Below the pieces are notes generated by a model that worked only from the letters and a program-made list of their open reading frames with translations, ran no database searches and had not been told where the DNA came from. A stretch of DNA of 47,325 bases, the filler included, from Streblomastix strix (Eukaryota): assembly GCA_008636045.1 (NCBI GenBank). It is 2 parts of 2 records of this genome, joined end to end, with 100 filler letters (N's around TTAATTAATTAA, not from the genome) between each part and the next. Parts side by side here need not be neighbours in the genome. Positions count along the whole stretch, not along the records: positions 1 to 23,639 come from SNRW01000269.1; positions 23,740 to 47,325 come from SNRW01000270.1. The stretch is one strand, 5' to 3'. Below are positions 19,501-32,000 of the stretch, one piece after another (positions within the stretch are counted from its first letter, which is position 1; each line of letters starts with the position of its first letter). The position numbers and the translations under genes were made by a program.

Positions 19501-19924
19501 AATAAACCTATTTAATAAACAAATAAATTTTAGAAGAAAAAAATATTTATTAAATAAAAATTATCAATGCATACCTTACAATAAATCCGAATTGCATGTT
19601 CTAATGAATCTCAATCTCACGATTAATGGCTTGTTCTTCTGCTTCATTGTGTATTTAGATTTGTTTGAGTACAACTTCTTATCCAGTTCGTTGAAATGTT
19701 GCTGTATAAGTTTTTCCATATCCTCCTTCTTTTAGTGGTTTTAAATTTGTGACTGTCAGAATTATATAGAAATAAAATTAGATAAAATTAAATAAGAATA
19801 ATCATAAAATATGTGTTAAATATAAAAATTATTACAAAATCATACAGTCAGCAAGTGTGAGCATGGGAGCTCCTGCAGCTTCAACTCGATCTTTATATTC
19901 ATCTATAAGTGCTTAATCTGCCAT
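16518..19924 (-). CDS. NEK-like Ser/Thr protein kinase with a C-terminal SPRY/B30.2-like domain; 18 exons
   Basis: Kinase motifs: EGGYGK, VVLK, REI, YIVMEYCREGDL, YRDMKPENVFL, DFGLSK, KTMIGTMRYVSPE, DIWGIG. C-terminus: WLGVI...YYPG...GNSPYQNGEIVIAEVNM...RTLHFFANG.WQPIYFVGLPDKIKF. ATG at 19924, TGA at 16518-16520. Confidence 0.92.
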
Positions 19925-21344
19925 TTTCACAAATCTATTTCTGAGAAAAATAAAAATATATGTTAGACAACTAACAAAATATAAAATATGAATTGTTTAA
20001 ATGAATTTTATTAGTGATTTTTGAATTAATCTTTGTTTTTATGAAGTTTCAACAATCATAATAATCAGAGCGCATTATGTTTAAATATTATTCTTATAAT
20101 GTTAAATGAGCTAGGAAGAGTACAAATAAGTATAAAAAACAAAATTTTGTATATTTTGTGGTGAAATCTGATGTGAAAAATGAATAAATGTTCATATTCA
20201 ATTATTGTTCTTAATATGAATTTATCATAATGTTAAATATTGTAATTTCGTTTGATATATGTTTATATAATAAATATAATATAAAACTCGATTTGAAAAC
20301 TATGTTTAAACGAAAACTCGCAGATTATTTTATGCTCATCAATAAGTAATTAAGCATATAATCAGCTTTATAAATGTTATTTATTTATTACTTTAGATAA
20401 TAATTTTTATAGTGCACTCTGATGATGTTCTTTATTTGATGGTACCAACTAATTCCAATATTTCCAACTTTAGTAATAAGAAACTAAAAAATAATTCAGG
20501 ATAGTTTAAATTAATTGGAAATGGGTTGATTCTCCTTTTCAATCAATATAATTAAAATAAATTATCTATTTGAGATTTTTTTTCCCCAAAGAAATGAAAT
20601 GTACAGAAATATGAACAGCGGATGTTCATTAGTCCAAAAGAATAATATTGTGGTTATTAATTACTGTGTTGATGTTATTGATCATTCTTGTTTGTTGATT
20701 GTTCATTTGGTTTGATTTATTGACTTTATGTTTATTATTATAATAATCAATATTCATTTAATTTATGTCCAGACTATTGTGAGTAGTTATGCGAATATCG
20801 AGAATGCCCCACATCAAAGAAATTTAATAAATAATGCAAATATATTATGAATTATAAATAATAAATATAATTAAAATAAAATAAAATATGAACTTAAATA
20901 TTATGAAAGAAAATATGCACTTGATTTAAATTAGTGAATGACATGATTGATAATGATTACTGAATTGAATTATTAATATACATAAATGATGTTCATTATT
21001 ATATCGTATTGTTTGTACGTATGGCACTCTCCATATTCATATAACTACATAGGAACATTGAATTAGGTACGTTGATGGTTTATTTGATGAATTTGGTTAA
21101 ATGAAGTTATATTTGGAAGTCTAAAATTGTTGGTGAAACCATTAGTGAAATCATGAATAATTTAACATATTTAGAGTGAATTGGTATGAGAAATTGATGT
21201 TGTTCATTAATGACTTTAAAGTTTTGTGAGTGTTCCGAGTATTCCGAGTCAAATGAGTTCTATGAAAAATGCCAGTCGATCCGCCAAAATAGTCGAAACA
21301 TGAAAAAATAATTATTCCCAACCATTAATTAACTGAGCATAATA

Positions 21345-22563
21345 AATTTATTTCATAAATTTTTATTAGGTTTTTTTAGAAATCAAGATGTATTAGAATT
21401 ATATTTCCAGCTTTAAATGATAATATGCCCAGTTACAGTTATCTTGTTAATTATCGCTCTAAATTCTTCATTTATAAATATATATATTATCCATCTAAAT
21501 CTCTTGACAATTGAACTTAATATTGGTTACATTTATTTTGAAACGCTAGATATGGAGCATCATTATGTATACCAACGACTATTTTCATTTATTAATTTGT
21601 TGAAAATTAATTAAATTTATAATCAAACGCATTACTTACTGTACGAATAACTGAATCGACTACTCTATTATGATTAGTGAATTTTGATTCAGTGAAATAA
21701 CCATTAATTTTATTCTATGAACAAAACAAAGCAAAATATGAACTATTAAATCCTTTCTCTCCATCCCCCATGAATATTACTTAAATAATAATCTTTAATT
21801 AATTTTTGCAATTATCCAACTACTTATGCGGCTGATTTATCTATCAAAGGAAATACCACTATATATTTTGTATTAATGTTCATGCAAAATAAATATATAT
21901 TAGTTTTTCTTCTTTTTTTCTTTTTCAATTTATATTTCGTCTTAATCAATTATTGTATCATCATATTCATCGAAAATTTTTTACTAAGCTTAATCGACAG
22001 AAAGAACTATATCTTTTTCCCAACTTCCTAATTTTGGAGAGAAATATAGTCGTTATAGCCTTTGTAACGGTTTTAAATTATAATCTTTCATCGGTACTTG
22101 TACATCTTTTTAATTAAAAACTTATTTCTATTGATTTATTTTTACAAACAATTTTAATTTTGTTTTAAAGGGAAAATAGGGTATATTTTCATTGTCGCCG
22201 CCTTAAGAGGATTACTGGCTGGATGATTGAACATCTTTATATGATTATTTATTTTTTTTAATTATTCTTTTTTTTTATTTGTTCAAATTGCGATTAAACT
22301 GAAATATAATAATTGTACCAATCCGCCACTGTTCGATTTAAATTAATTATTTCATAATCTTTTTTTTACCATAACTTTAAAATGTTTTTTCTTTACAATT
22401 TTAAAGATGTTTTTTATGAACACAGATAAACTCATTATTTAATGAATTTTTTTGTATTATCATCGATTTTTTATTATACTTCAAATTCATATTCTTCTAT
22501 TTGAAAGTTATCACCAGAAAATGTCCTAAGTATATCCTTATACAAATTATTTTCGTTTTACAT
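21345..22563 (-). pseudogene. Retroviral-like (rve) integrase pseudogene
   Basis: RLYFSPKLGSWEKDIV...YLFCMNINTKYIVVFPLIDKS...IHG/DGEKGFNS...FTNHNRVVDSVIRTV...GIHNDAPY...FKAGNIILIHLD. Frameshift in the G-run (plus-strand C-run 21765-21769) and an in-frame TGA at 22432-22434. Confidence 0.8.
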
Positions 22564-22720
22564 TTATTTTTTTCAAAAATTAAGCAATTTTTGTTCAATT
22601 CACCGATGAAATCAATTCACGATCTGGTCAATTATCCAGTTAGCCACAGCATTTTATAAATGTTTCTGACTCAATCCACCCAATCCATACGGTCCATTCA
22701 AACGTCATTCACTATTCATA

Positions 22721-23639
22721 TCAATTATCTGTATCAATTTTACAGATTTCGTAGAAGTTTTCGTTTAAATATTTTTCGATTATATAATTATCAGAACTCA
22801 ATTACTATCCGTTAATTTAAAGGAATGGAGCACAACATTAATTTTCTAGCACAACCATTTTATTATGATTCAAAATTAAACCAATTTTATTTATTAATAT
22901 TTTTGACATTTATTTATTTCTTTAACCAAGCATAATGTTTTAAACAAAAATTTATTCTCCATTTAATGGATATTTGAATGTTCATCGTTTAAATGAACAT
23001 TTTATTTTTATATTATTCCTTTCAAACAATAATTATAATCCTTTTCATTTTCATTATGTTTTGGATTATAAATATATTGAAATTTTGGAGCTAATGCGAT
23101 GCATGCCGCTCATTCTTCCTCATAACTGACTCCTAATAGCTGTATATATTAACCGAAGAAAAGGGGATAATTTTTATTGTAAAATTTCTGGTCCTTGATG
23201 ACATTTTTAAATTTCTGTCTATATCCTTCTTCTGCATCAGGGTTGCCGCAGATGGTCCATGTCATCGAATCAGTATCACCACAAATATAGTGCATCCTGT
23301 TCATATCTAAAGCATTAGCTATAAAATTATAGATAAAATTAATATGCCAATATTTGCTATTATCAAGCATGAAATATGATGAATGTAGACAAGTGATACA
23401 GTTGCAGCTCTCAGTATTAAATTATATAACAAATAAATCTTCTGTTAATTGTTAATGATTAACAATTGAACCTTTGAAATGAGATAACCATGGTCTATCA
23501 GAGCTCAACAATTTCGTTTGTGAATATTTTTCTTAATTCATCCAATCACTTCCATAGCCTGAGTTCATAGCTAATTTATTGAACTAGTATTATCCATTAT
23601 TTTTTCCTGCTATTGCTTATTTTCATTGTTGATGATAAT
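22721..23639 (-). pseudogene. C-terminal part of a family-B (probably protein-primed) DNA polymerase, pseudogenised
   Basis: Motif B KLAMNSGYG (about 23551-23578), motif C ICGDTDS (about 23266-23286), then IALAPK, LKG and HNKMVVLENQCCAPF. In-frame TGA at 23623-23625 and 23110-23112, plus a frameshift near the C-terminus. Confidence 0.88.
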
Positions 23640-23739
23640 NNNNNNNNNNNNNNNNNNNNNNNNNNNNNNNNNNNNNNNNNNNNTTAATTAATTAANNNNN
23701 NNNNNNNNNNNNNNNNNNNNNNNNNNNNNNNNNNNNNNN
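23640..23739. other. Artificial scaffold spacer: 44 N + TTAATTAATTAA + 44 N
   Basis: Exactly 100 nt and symmetric, with a palindromic all-frame-stop linker in the middle. Contiguity across it is unproven. Confidence 0.95.
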
Positions 23740-23740
23740 T

Positions 23741-25823
23741 TAGACAACTAATAATCTATATGACAAATACACCATCAGTCCAGAACTGGAGAAAGACATA
23801 AGTATAGAACAAGAGAGACTGAACAGGTATATCAGTGATCTGAGAAACTAATAAGAAAGATTCAGAGAAGAAGAGGACAGGAAGTTGAAAGAGAGATTTG
23901 AAAGACTTAAAAATGAATAAACTGCTGAAGTGAAATAAGAGGATAAAAGAGTGTCAGTGTAAGTGTAGAGGAAACCAGAAGAAGTTTAATAATAGAAGAA
24001 GTAAGAAGTTGTAATATAAAAGAAGAAAGAAGAAGTAAAATAATCTGAAAAAAGATAATAGAAATAATAATAAGGAAAAGAATAAGTATAAGAAGATGAA
24101 GATTCAACTGGAGATGAGGAAGATTATCAAACAGAATAAAAATTAAGGGAGTTACAAAGAGAATAATAAGCTAAAATAAAATAATAATAAGAAGAATAGA
24201 AGAAAAAAGAATAAGAATTAAAAGAAAAAGAATAAAAAGCTAAATAAGATGAAGAATTAAAGAAATTAAAAGAACAGGAATAAAAAGCAAAATAATAAGA
24301 AGAAGAATAAAAGAAAAAAGAATAATAAAAGCAAATTGCAGAGAAACAACAACAACAACAGCAATAACAATAATAAGAATAAGAATAATAAGAAGATGAA
24401 GATTCAACAGGAGATGAAGAAGAAGAAGATAATACCAAACTTCCAAAAGGTGTTATTCATATCAGCAACATATCAGTGCGTGATTTGCCCAAAATGGATC
24501 TTATTGGCAAATCTGATCCATATGTCATGTTCTGTTTGGGAAGAGATGTAGAACAGACTTCAACAGCCAAAGACACTCTGAACTATGATTATACTGGTGA
24601 ATAGTTATAATTAGTATTTGATCCAATTAAAAGGAAGGGGAGATAAATAATTGAAATCGAAGTCTGGGATTATGATAGAGCTGGAAATGATGATTAGATT
24701 GGAGCTGTGAATGTGGATGTATGATTTAATTAATTCATTTATATTATTAATTATTTATATTATTAATTATTTATCAACTAATTTTATTTAATATATATTA
24801 AAATTTTTTATTATTTTATTTTTATAATCAGATTCTTCCTTCACTCAATCAACAGTAAGAAATTGATCTTTTCTTACAGCCTCCAAAAGACAAGAAAAAA
24901 GATTTGTCTTAATCATAATCAGATGATCATAAATAAGATTCAGATCAAAAACTTGGAAAAGTCAAGTTTTCTATAATTTTCATACCTGACAAAGAAGAAT
25001 AAACTGAAGTCATAAAAGAAACTAAAGTTATTATAAGGAAAGAAGTCACATATTCTTCACAAACAATAGAAGTGAGATAAGAATAAATATAAGAAGAAGA
25101 AGATTCAACAGGAGATGAAGAAGATAATTAATAACAAAAAGTAGAATAATAATAATAAATAGAAGAAAAAGGAAAAGGAAACAAATATGAAAAATATTTT
25201 GAGATTAAGAAAAAAGAATTCACTGATAAATATGTTGAAGGAGTTGTAACATTCAGCAACATATAAGTCAGGAATATCAAGAAGATGGACCTTGTTGGAT
25301 AACCAGATCCATATGTCATTTTCAAATTAGGAGATGATTAGAAGAAGACTCCAGTTGCTAAAAACAAAAAAGATCATGATTATTTGAATGAATCATATGA
25401 TCTGAATTATGATCCAGCTTCAATTTCAGGGAAAGTTGTTATCCAAGTTTGGGATTATGACACTTTTGGGAAGGATGATTTGATTGGAGTGGCTTCAGTT
25501 GATGTATGATTGATAATTGTTATATTTTAACATTAAATTTATAATTTTAACAATATTAATGAATATTATGAATAATATACTTTTTCTTATATTTTATTTA
25601 ATATATTATTTTATATAATTTAATTTAATTCTTCCTTTTTATTTGATATAAATAGGTTCTCCCATCATTCAAACGTCCCTTGTGGGTTGAGCTTGATTTG
25701 CAACCATTAGAGAAGAAAGTTGACTAATTGACAGAAGATGATATTCTGCAATTACTCAATTAGGAAGCAGATTAAGGATTGGGGAAAGTTCTATTCGAGA
25801 TGGAGTATAAACCACACCACTGA
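23741..25823 (+). CDS. Coiled-coil protein with two C-terminal C2 domains (5'-truncated by the gap)
   Basis: E/Q/K-rich coil with EDSTGDEE repeated three times. C2A: VRDLPKMDLIGKSDPYVMF...EVWDYDRAGNDDQIG. C2B: KKMDLVGQPDPYVIF...QVWDYDTFGKDDLIG. Ca-binding Asp residues are retained. Phase-0 introns occur at the same position in both C2 domains. TGA at 25821-25823. Confidence 0.9.
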
Positions 25824-26099
25824 AAAGACTCATCTTCATTTTGCTGCATATTAAATTAGTGATGATTGAACGGACACAAATGTTGTAGAAGAGCTGTTTT
25901 AATTAGTCTTTATTTATTTTATTAACAACAAACTTTTTTAGCATGTGATTAATATCCGATTCTTAGGGGCATATATGACAATAAGTACAATTAATAAATA
26001 GTTAACTCTAATCTAATAATTATTAACTATATTTAACTAATTTTATCAATTTAACGAAAAATAGGTTTGAGAAACTATTCGTTTTTCGCAGTGATCAGC

Positions 26100-29000
26100 A
26101 TGATTTAAGCCTATTCAACCAAATATTCATTGTCGCAACCAGATTATAGTTACAAATTAAAAGCTTTGGATGGCAGCTTAAATCTTCCAGAGCAGGAAAA
26201 CGCTGTTGAAAATAACATGCTGAGCACCGCGACATATGCATTGAATCAGGAGGATAGCACAGAATTTACAAACGGCAAGGTCATATATACGCATAATTTT
26301 ACAAACAAGAAGCACAGCACAAAGCACACGGAGCATAAAACCAGCGAAATTGCTCACGAAAAATAATCTGCTGGCTGTCACACTTACAATCATTGTTAGA
26401 CATTGCAGGCTTCACATAACATATAAAGAAAATTCTAAAATAAAATGATTGTATTAAATCCTCCTAATATTCAACAGGTCGAGAGACTGAAATTTAATTA
26501 TTCTAAATTTTACCCTGTACGAGGCATCCATATCATAGCATTTGTCGCATTTGCCGTAGTAATATCTCTAGCTTATTATTCCGTTTTTTGTATTCATTTC
26601 ACGCATAAATATTCTTCGGGTGAGAACGACCTAAATTTGTGCAATACTATCAATTCTTCTAACTATTCTTGCCTTTCCGCAGTTGTTGGCACAACTTTCA
26701 ACAAAGATGATGATAAATATATTAAGAGGCATATAAATCTGACTCAAACGGAACACATCAACTAAGAGTTTGCAACACATTTGGAGAGATTTGATGAAAA
26801 TTATGGAAATTTTCAATATAAATCAAAGCATTCTACTGATAATTAGGAATTGTTATACAGGGTATATACATCTTATGAATTGCAAAATCACTTCTTACAC
26901 ATATATTACTCACTTTTATAGTAATAATAGTTCTCCTACCGATTTACTACTGCCGCTCACCTTGATACTCACGAAACAACAAAGTTGATTAATAATCACA
27001 ATATCAGGTAATAACTTCTAAGTAATATATCAAGGTTTGAATAGTAGAATATGCCTATCAATTCAAGATAAGGACTATTGATGGCATTCTCACAGGCATT
27101 GATAGAAGATAGTGATAATTTAACATTTGATTAGTCTGAAAATGATAATTAGATAATTTCTCCAATAGTATTGCATTAAATAAATTAAGATATTAATAGC
27201 AGGTACACTTCATAAATACTTCATAGCTATTAAATCAATTAATATTAAGGGAATTAAAACCCATATAATAAGATAACAACTCCGATCTATAACCATAATT
27301 CTAATTATAAAGATAAGAATGAATTATTTGAGTAATATTCATTCTAAAACAGCATAAATTACAAAATAGAGAAGATTTCAAAGCTAAAATATTAATAATT
27401 ACCAATATTAACATATTCAGATTAGGATAATGAAATTATAATTAAGATAATTTAATCAGAAGAAGGGTTTATGAATAAAGAATATAAAGAAGATTAATAA
27501 AAACCAATATTAATAAATTCATAAATGAATAAAGAATATAAAGAAGATTAATAAAAACCAATATTAATAAATTCATAAATGAATAAAGAATATAAAGAAG
27601 ATTAATAAAAACCAATATTAATAAATTCATAAATGAATAAAGAATATAANNNNNNNNNNAAATGAATAAAGAATATAAAGAAGATTAATAAAAACCAATA
27701 TTAATAAATTCATAAATGAATAAAGAATATAAAGAAGATTAATAAAAACCAATATTAATAAATTCATAAATGAATAAAGAATATAAAGAAGATTAATAAA
27801 AACCAATATTAATAAATTCATAAATGAATAAAGAATATAATGATGAAAATAAAAGAAAAGTTGGAGTTTAGATCTAACAATAGATTAACAAAAGAATTGT
27901 AATAAAAGAATATTCATAAAGAGTTATTATATAAGATTTATAATTGGAGAATATAATTAAATCAACAGTTAGAGTTGTTTTGTTACATTATAATTATCTT
28001 ATCACGTCACATTTCCCTTTCACTTATCTCCATATATTCAACATATCTTCATTTGTATTACAATATTCTTCTGTCTTTGAACTAATTAACTCCAACCTTA
28101 ACAATTAGATATATTCTAGCATCTAATAGCCAAATTATCATATGGATTCATTCTCAGTGTATAATATAGTCATGAAGGAAGATTAACACAGATTGAATGA
28201 TAAAATCAGTACATTAATAATAAATAATGTTATTTAGATGAATTAATATATTAATTAATAGATAATAAATGATATGATCAACCTTACTAATGATGAAAAA
28301 GAAATAATCTTCAATAAAAACTAGACAATAAACCAAATAATAAAGATAATTAATAATTTTGAATAAGAAAATCAATAATAATCCAATTAAATCCATTAAT
28401 AAGAGATATAATCATCAATTTCTTTAATAAATATAATGATGAAGATAAATACTAATGAAGATTTTTATATAAATCATATAATATTCTCCAATATCACTTC
28501 AATCAATTCTCTATTCTCCAAATCTTCACTTATAAACTAATCCCAATACATTTCATATTAATCTAATCTATCTTCATTTAATATCTAAATTATTCATTTA
28601 TATATATAAATTAACTTAATTTCGAATAATTAATAGAAATTTAATGGAAAACCAACCAAATTAATAATTTAATAACAATAAATTAATACAGATATTCTTT
28701 ATAATATTATAAATTCAATAAATAATATTTATAAATAATAAAGAAAACTAATATTTAATAATAATTCTTATAAATAAGAATAAATTTTAAAAGTCAATTA
28801 CTAAAATTTGAATGGAAATTCAATCTAATCAATTATTGAATAACAATAATCAGTTAATATTTAATCTAATTAGAGTTTTGAATTTAATATTTAATAATCT
28901 TTATTACCAACTCCTCAATATAATATCAAAGTTAGAAACTTTATATCATAAAAGAAATATTAATTTAATAAAACAATCTCCCCACATAATACTGATATTC

Positions 29001-32000
29001 TTGTTAACTTCATTAATCCAATAATCAGAAACAAAATTATATTAATAGAAAGTTGTGAACAATAAAAAGAAATACACTCAAATTCCAATTAAAGTTAAGG
29101 GATATAGACAATTAACATATAAACTCATTTCAAATTCTCAACAATGATTTTGCTTGCTCTTCATGTTCTCATATTAACAATAACTTCTATTTTCCTTACA
29201 AATACAAAGAATTATTCTCTCAAACATTAAATGCATAGTAATTACCATAATAGCTTCATATTTATTCTTGTATTTCTTCTTACTTACTGTACATCTCGTG
29301 GATACTTTAATATTCATGGATCTGAATATTTCTTCAATAATTCTGATAATGATAAATAATAATATTAATTACATTATTCAAACTTCTCCTTAGATTCAAA
29401 TAATTCGAAAAATAATTTTAATTCTTCGTCTTTAGAAATATCACTAGTGCTTCCATTCATATTTTAGGATAATCTTTCATAAATTACTAAATATAATGAT
29501 ATAGGAATTTATTCATATAATACATTATCTAATATTGTTGAAACTCTGATAACAAAATCTACTGAAGATATTTTAAATCCAACATTTGAAGAGAAATTAT
29601 CTTTTAATAGAAATATTTCAAGTGCTGTATTCGTAGCACAACTCACAGGAAATTAAAACAATTCTTTATTAATAATAGTAATATTAATTCTTCTTCATTA
29701 ACTAATCTTATCAGCAATAAACACTTCCAATCAATAATTTAAATGCTTCCACAAAAATTCTACAAATTAAGAAAATAATAATAAGCATTGTCTACTAGTT
29801 ATAATTCTATTTATCAGTTTTCAAAACTTCTTGTATTGTGATGCTGCAACCACCGAACGAAAGGATTTGACCTATACATCTCGCTTGGGCAATATTTCAG
29901 TTTCTGGTGAGTCTAATGAATACATTATAAATAACTGTACATTCACTGGGATTAACTATCAAGAAAATGGTGGAGCATTTAGTGCAGTTGTATCCAATAG
30001 AGGTATACTATTGATTAAAGATTCCAAATTCAATCAATGCAAAGCTATTGGAAGTAAATCAGTTGGAGGAGCTATTTATATGAATATTAATAATGGAGGA
30101 TAAGTAACAATATCAAATTCATCGTTTGATCACTGCCAAGCTAATATTGGAGGAGGTGGAATTTATGTATAAATCGAATTAGGAGGAAAATTAACAATTG
30201 ATGGATAATGCAACTTCACTGAATGCAATACTTTTTATTCTGGAGGAGGTATATATACTTCAATATCTGGATTGAACAGTTTGCTCGTTTTAGATGATGG
30301 TGTAAAATTCGGAAGCTGTTTATCTGATAGTAATGATAATTATGGTGGAGGAGGATTATATTTGAAAGCTTGGAATCAAGGAACAGGCATAATTAACAAA
30401 GTTTAATTAGATTGATGCAGCTCAGAGAGAGGAGGTGGCATTTATGCGAATGGAGATTAACAAATGATAGAAATTTTTAATGGAACTTATTTTTATGGTT
30501 GTGAAGCATTTACTGATGGAGGAGGAATGTATAGTTATTTAGAAGGAGTAAATTGTAAATTAGATTTAGTTGATGTAGTATTTTAGAGTTGCTTTCCATG
30601 GGATAAAGGAGCAGGAATTTACATAGGTGTAAGTTCTGGCGCATACGTTTAAATATCTGAAACATGTCAATTTTGGAATTGCTATGCTTAAACTGGAGGA
30701 GGAATTTATTCAAATATTAGTGGAGGAGGAAAAGTAAATATTATTAATTAGTGTTTATTCTAAGAATGTAATGCTTCTCACTCTGGAGGTGGAATTTTCT
30801 TATATATAAATGGTGGTATGTTTAATATAGAAAATACAACATTTGATGGATGCACTTGTTCTTAACCAGGAAATGGAGGAGGAATAGCTTTGAATCAATA
30901 TTCCAATTCAATAATATTAATTACTAATTCATCATTTATTAATTGCATAACTATTTCAAATTCATCCAATTAAAGATATGGGTGGGGAGGAGCAATATTT
31001 ATTTAAACTTCAGTTATTGCTTAAAATCTTAATGAATCAAATTTCTTGTTTACAAATCTTGTATTCAGTGGATGCTCAGCAGTTAATTCAACCGGAAATA
31101 ATTTACATATTCAATCTATTAATACATATAATACCGGAATTATTATTGCACTTTACTAACTTATTACAGTATAAGATACACCAAATCTTTATACATCTTC
31201 TGCATACTCAAATTATTATATGGGAATTGATGAATCAAAAGTGAATGGAGGATTAAACACACCTTACAATCACTAATCTCTTTTTCTTGCTGCTTAACAA
31301 GGATTTATAACAAAGGATTACTATATTCGATCATTTAATAGTATTGATGAAAATGATTGTTCTTCAACATCTCCTTGTAAAACAATTAATTATATTTTAT
31401 CATAAACACCTCCCGAAGGATTTGTGAAAGGATTATCAGTTGCAATTATAAATGTTTTAAGTGATTCATCTGATTAAGATTTGATCAATTTAAATAACTA
31501 AACAATACTTAATAATATAATAACTATATAATCAGATGGATATTAACCAGAAGCAAATTATACCAAATAATTTGTCTTAACATCTTCATTTAGCAATTCT
31601 CTATTCACAATAACTGAAACAGGTCATCTTTCTCTTCTTGGACTACATTTCGATAATCTTAATCCATCTTCAACAGCTCCACTTATTTTATTAAGAAGTG
31701 ATAATAATAATTAAATTCCTCGATTAACTATGATTGACTGTGAATTCAATTAAGATTTATATTCTTATTCGACATCAAATCTTTTACATTCAATAATATC
31801 AATTAATGGAGGGGAAATGACAATTACAAGAACAAAGATTGAAAATTATCAATTAAATAATGGGAAATGTTTTATTATGATTCAATCCGATCAAATTTCA
31901 ACCGGAATTTATAGAAAGAATGAAATTGAAAATATTAAATCGACATTTTCTAATATACAATAATCAAATTTTGGATATGGAGCTGCAATTAATGCAGAAA

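Larger units (their letters stand above)
21345..23639 (-). mobile_element. Degenerate Polinton/Maverick-like element remnant (family-B DNA polymerase plus rve integrase), cut by the assembly spacer
   Basis: Adjacent, co-oriented, intron-less PolB and DDE-type integrase pseudogenes. No TIR or TSD was identified. Confidence 0.82.

Noticed and set aside
20400..20830. Short degenerate frames on both strands
   Set aside because: No recognisable motif and no consistent exon structure.
23684..23695. Palindrome TTAATTAATTAA between N runs
   Set aside because: It sits in a symmetric 44N-12-44N construct, so it is an artificial all-frame-stop linker. For the same reason no linkage is claimed between the Polinton remnant and the C2 gene.
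23907..24446. Minus-strand Cys/Tyr/Ser-rich and hydrophobic ORFs
   Set aside because: They are antisense to the Q/E/K coiled coil of the C2 gene.
27471..27840. 54-bp array as a CRISPR or non-coding satellite, and the minus-strand ORF 27627-27821
   Set aside because: No spacers; the array is in frame with the long plus-strand ORF.
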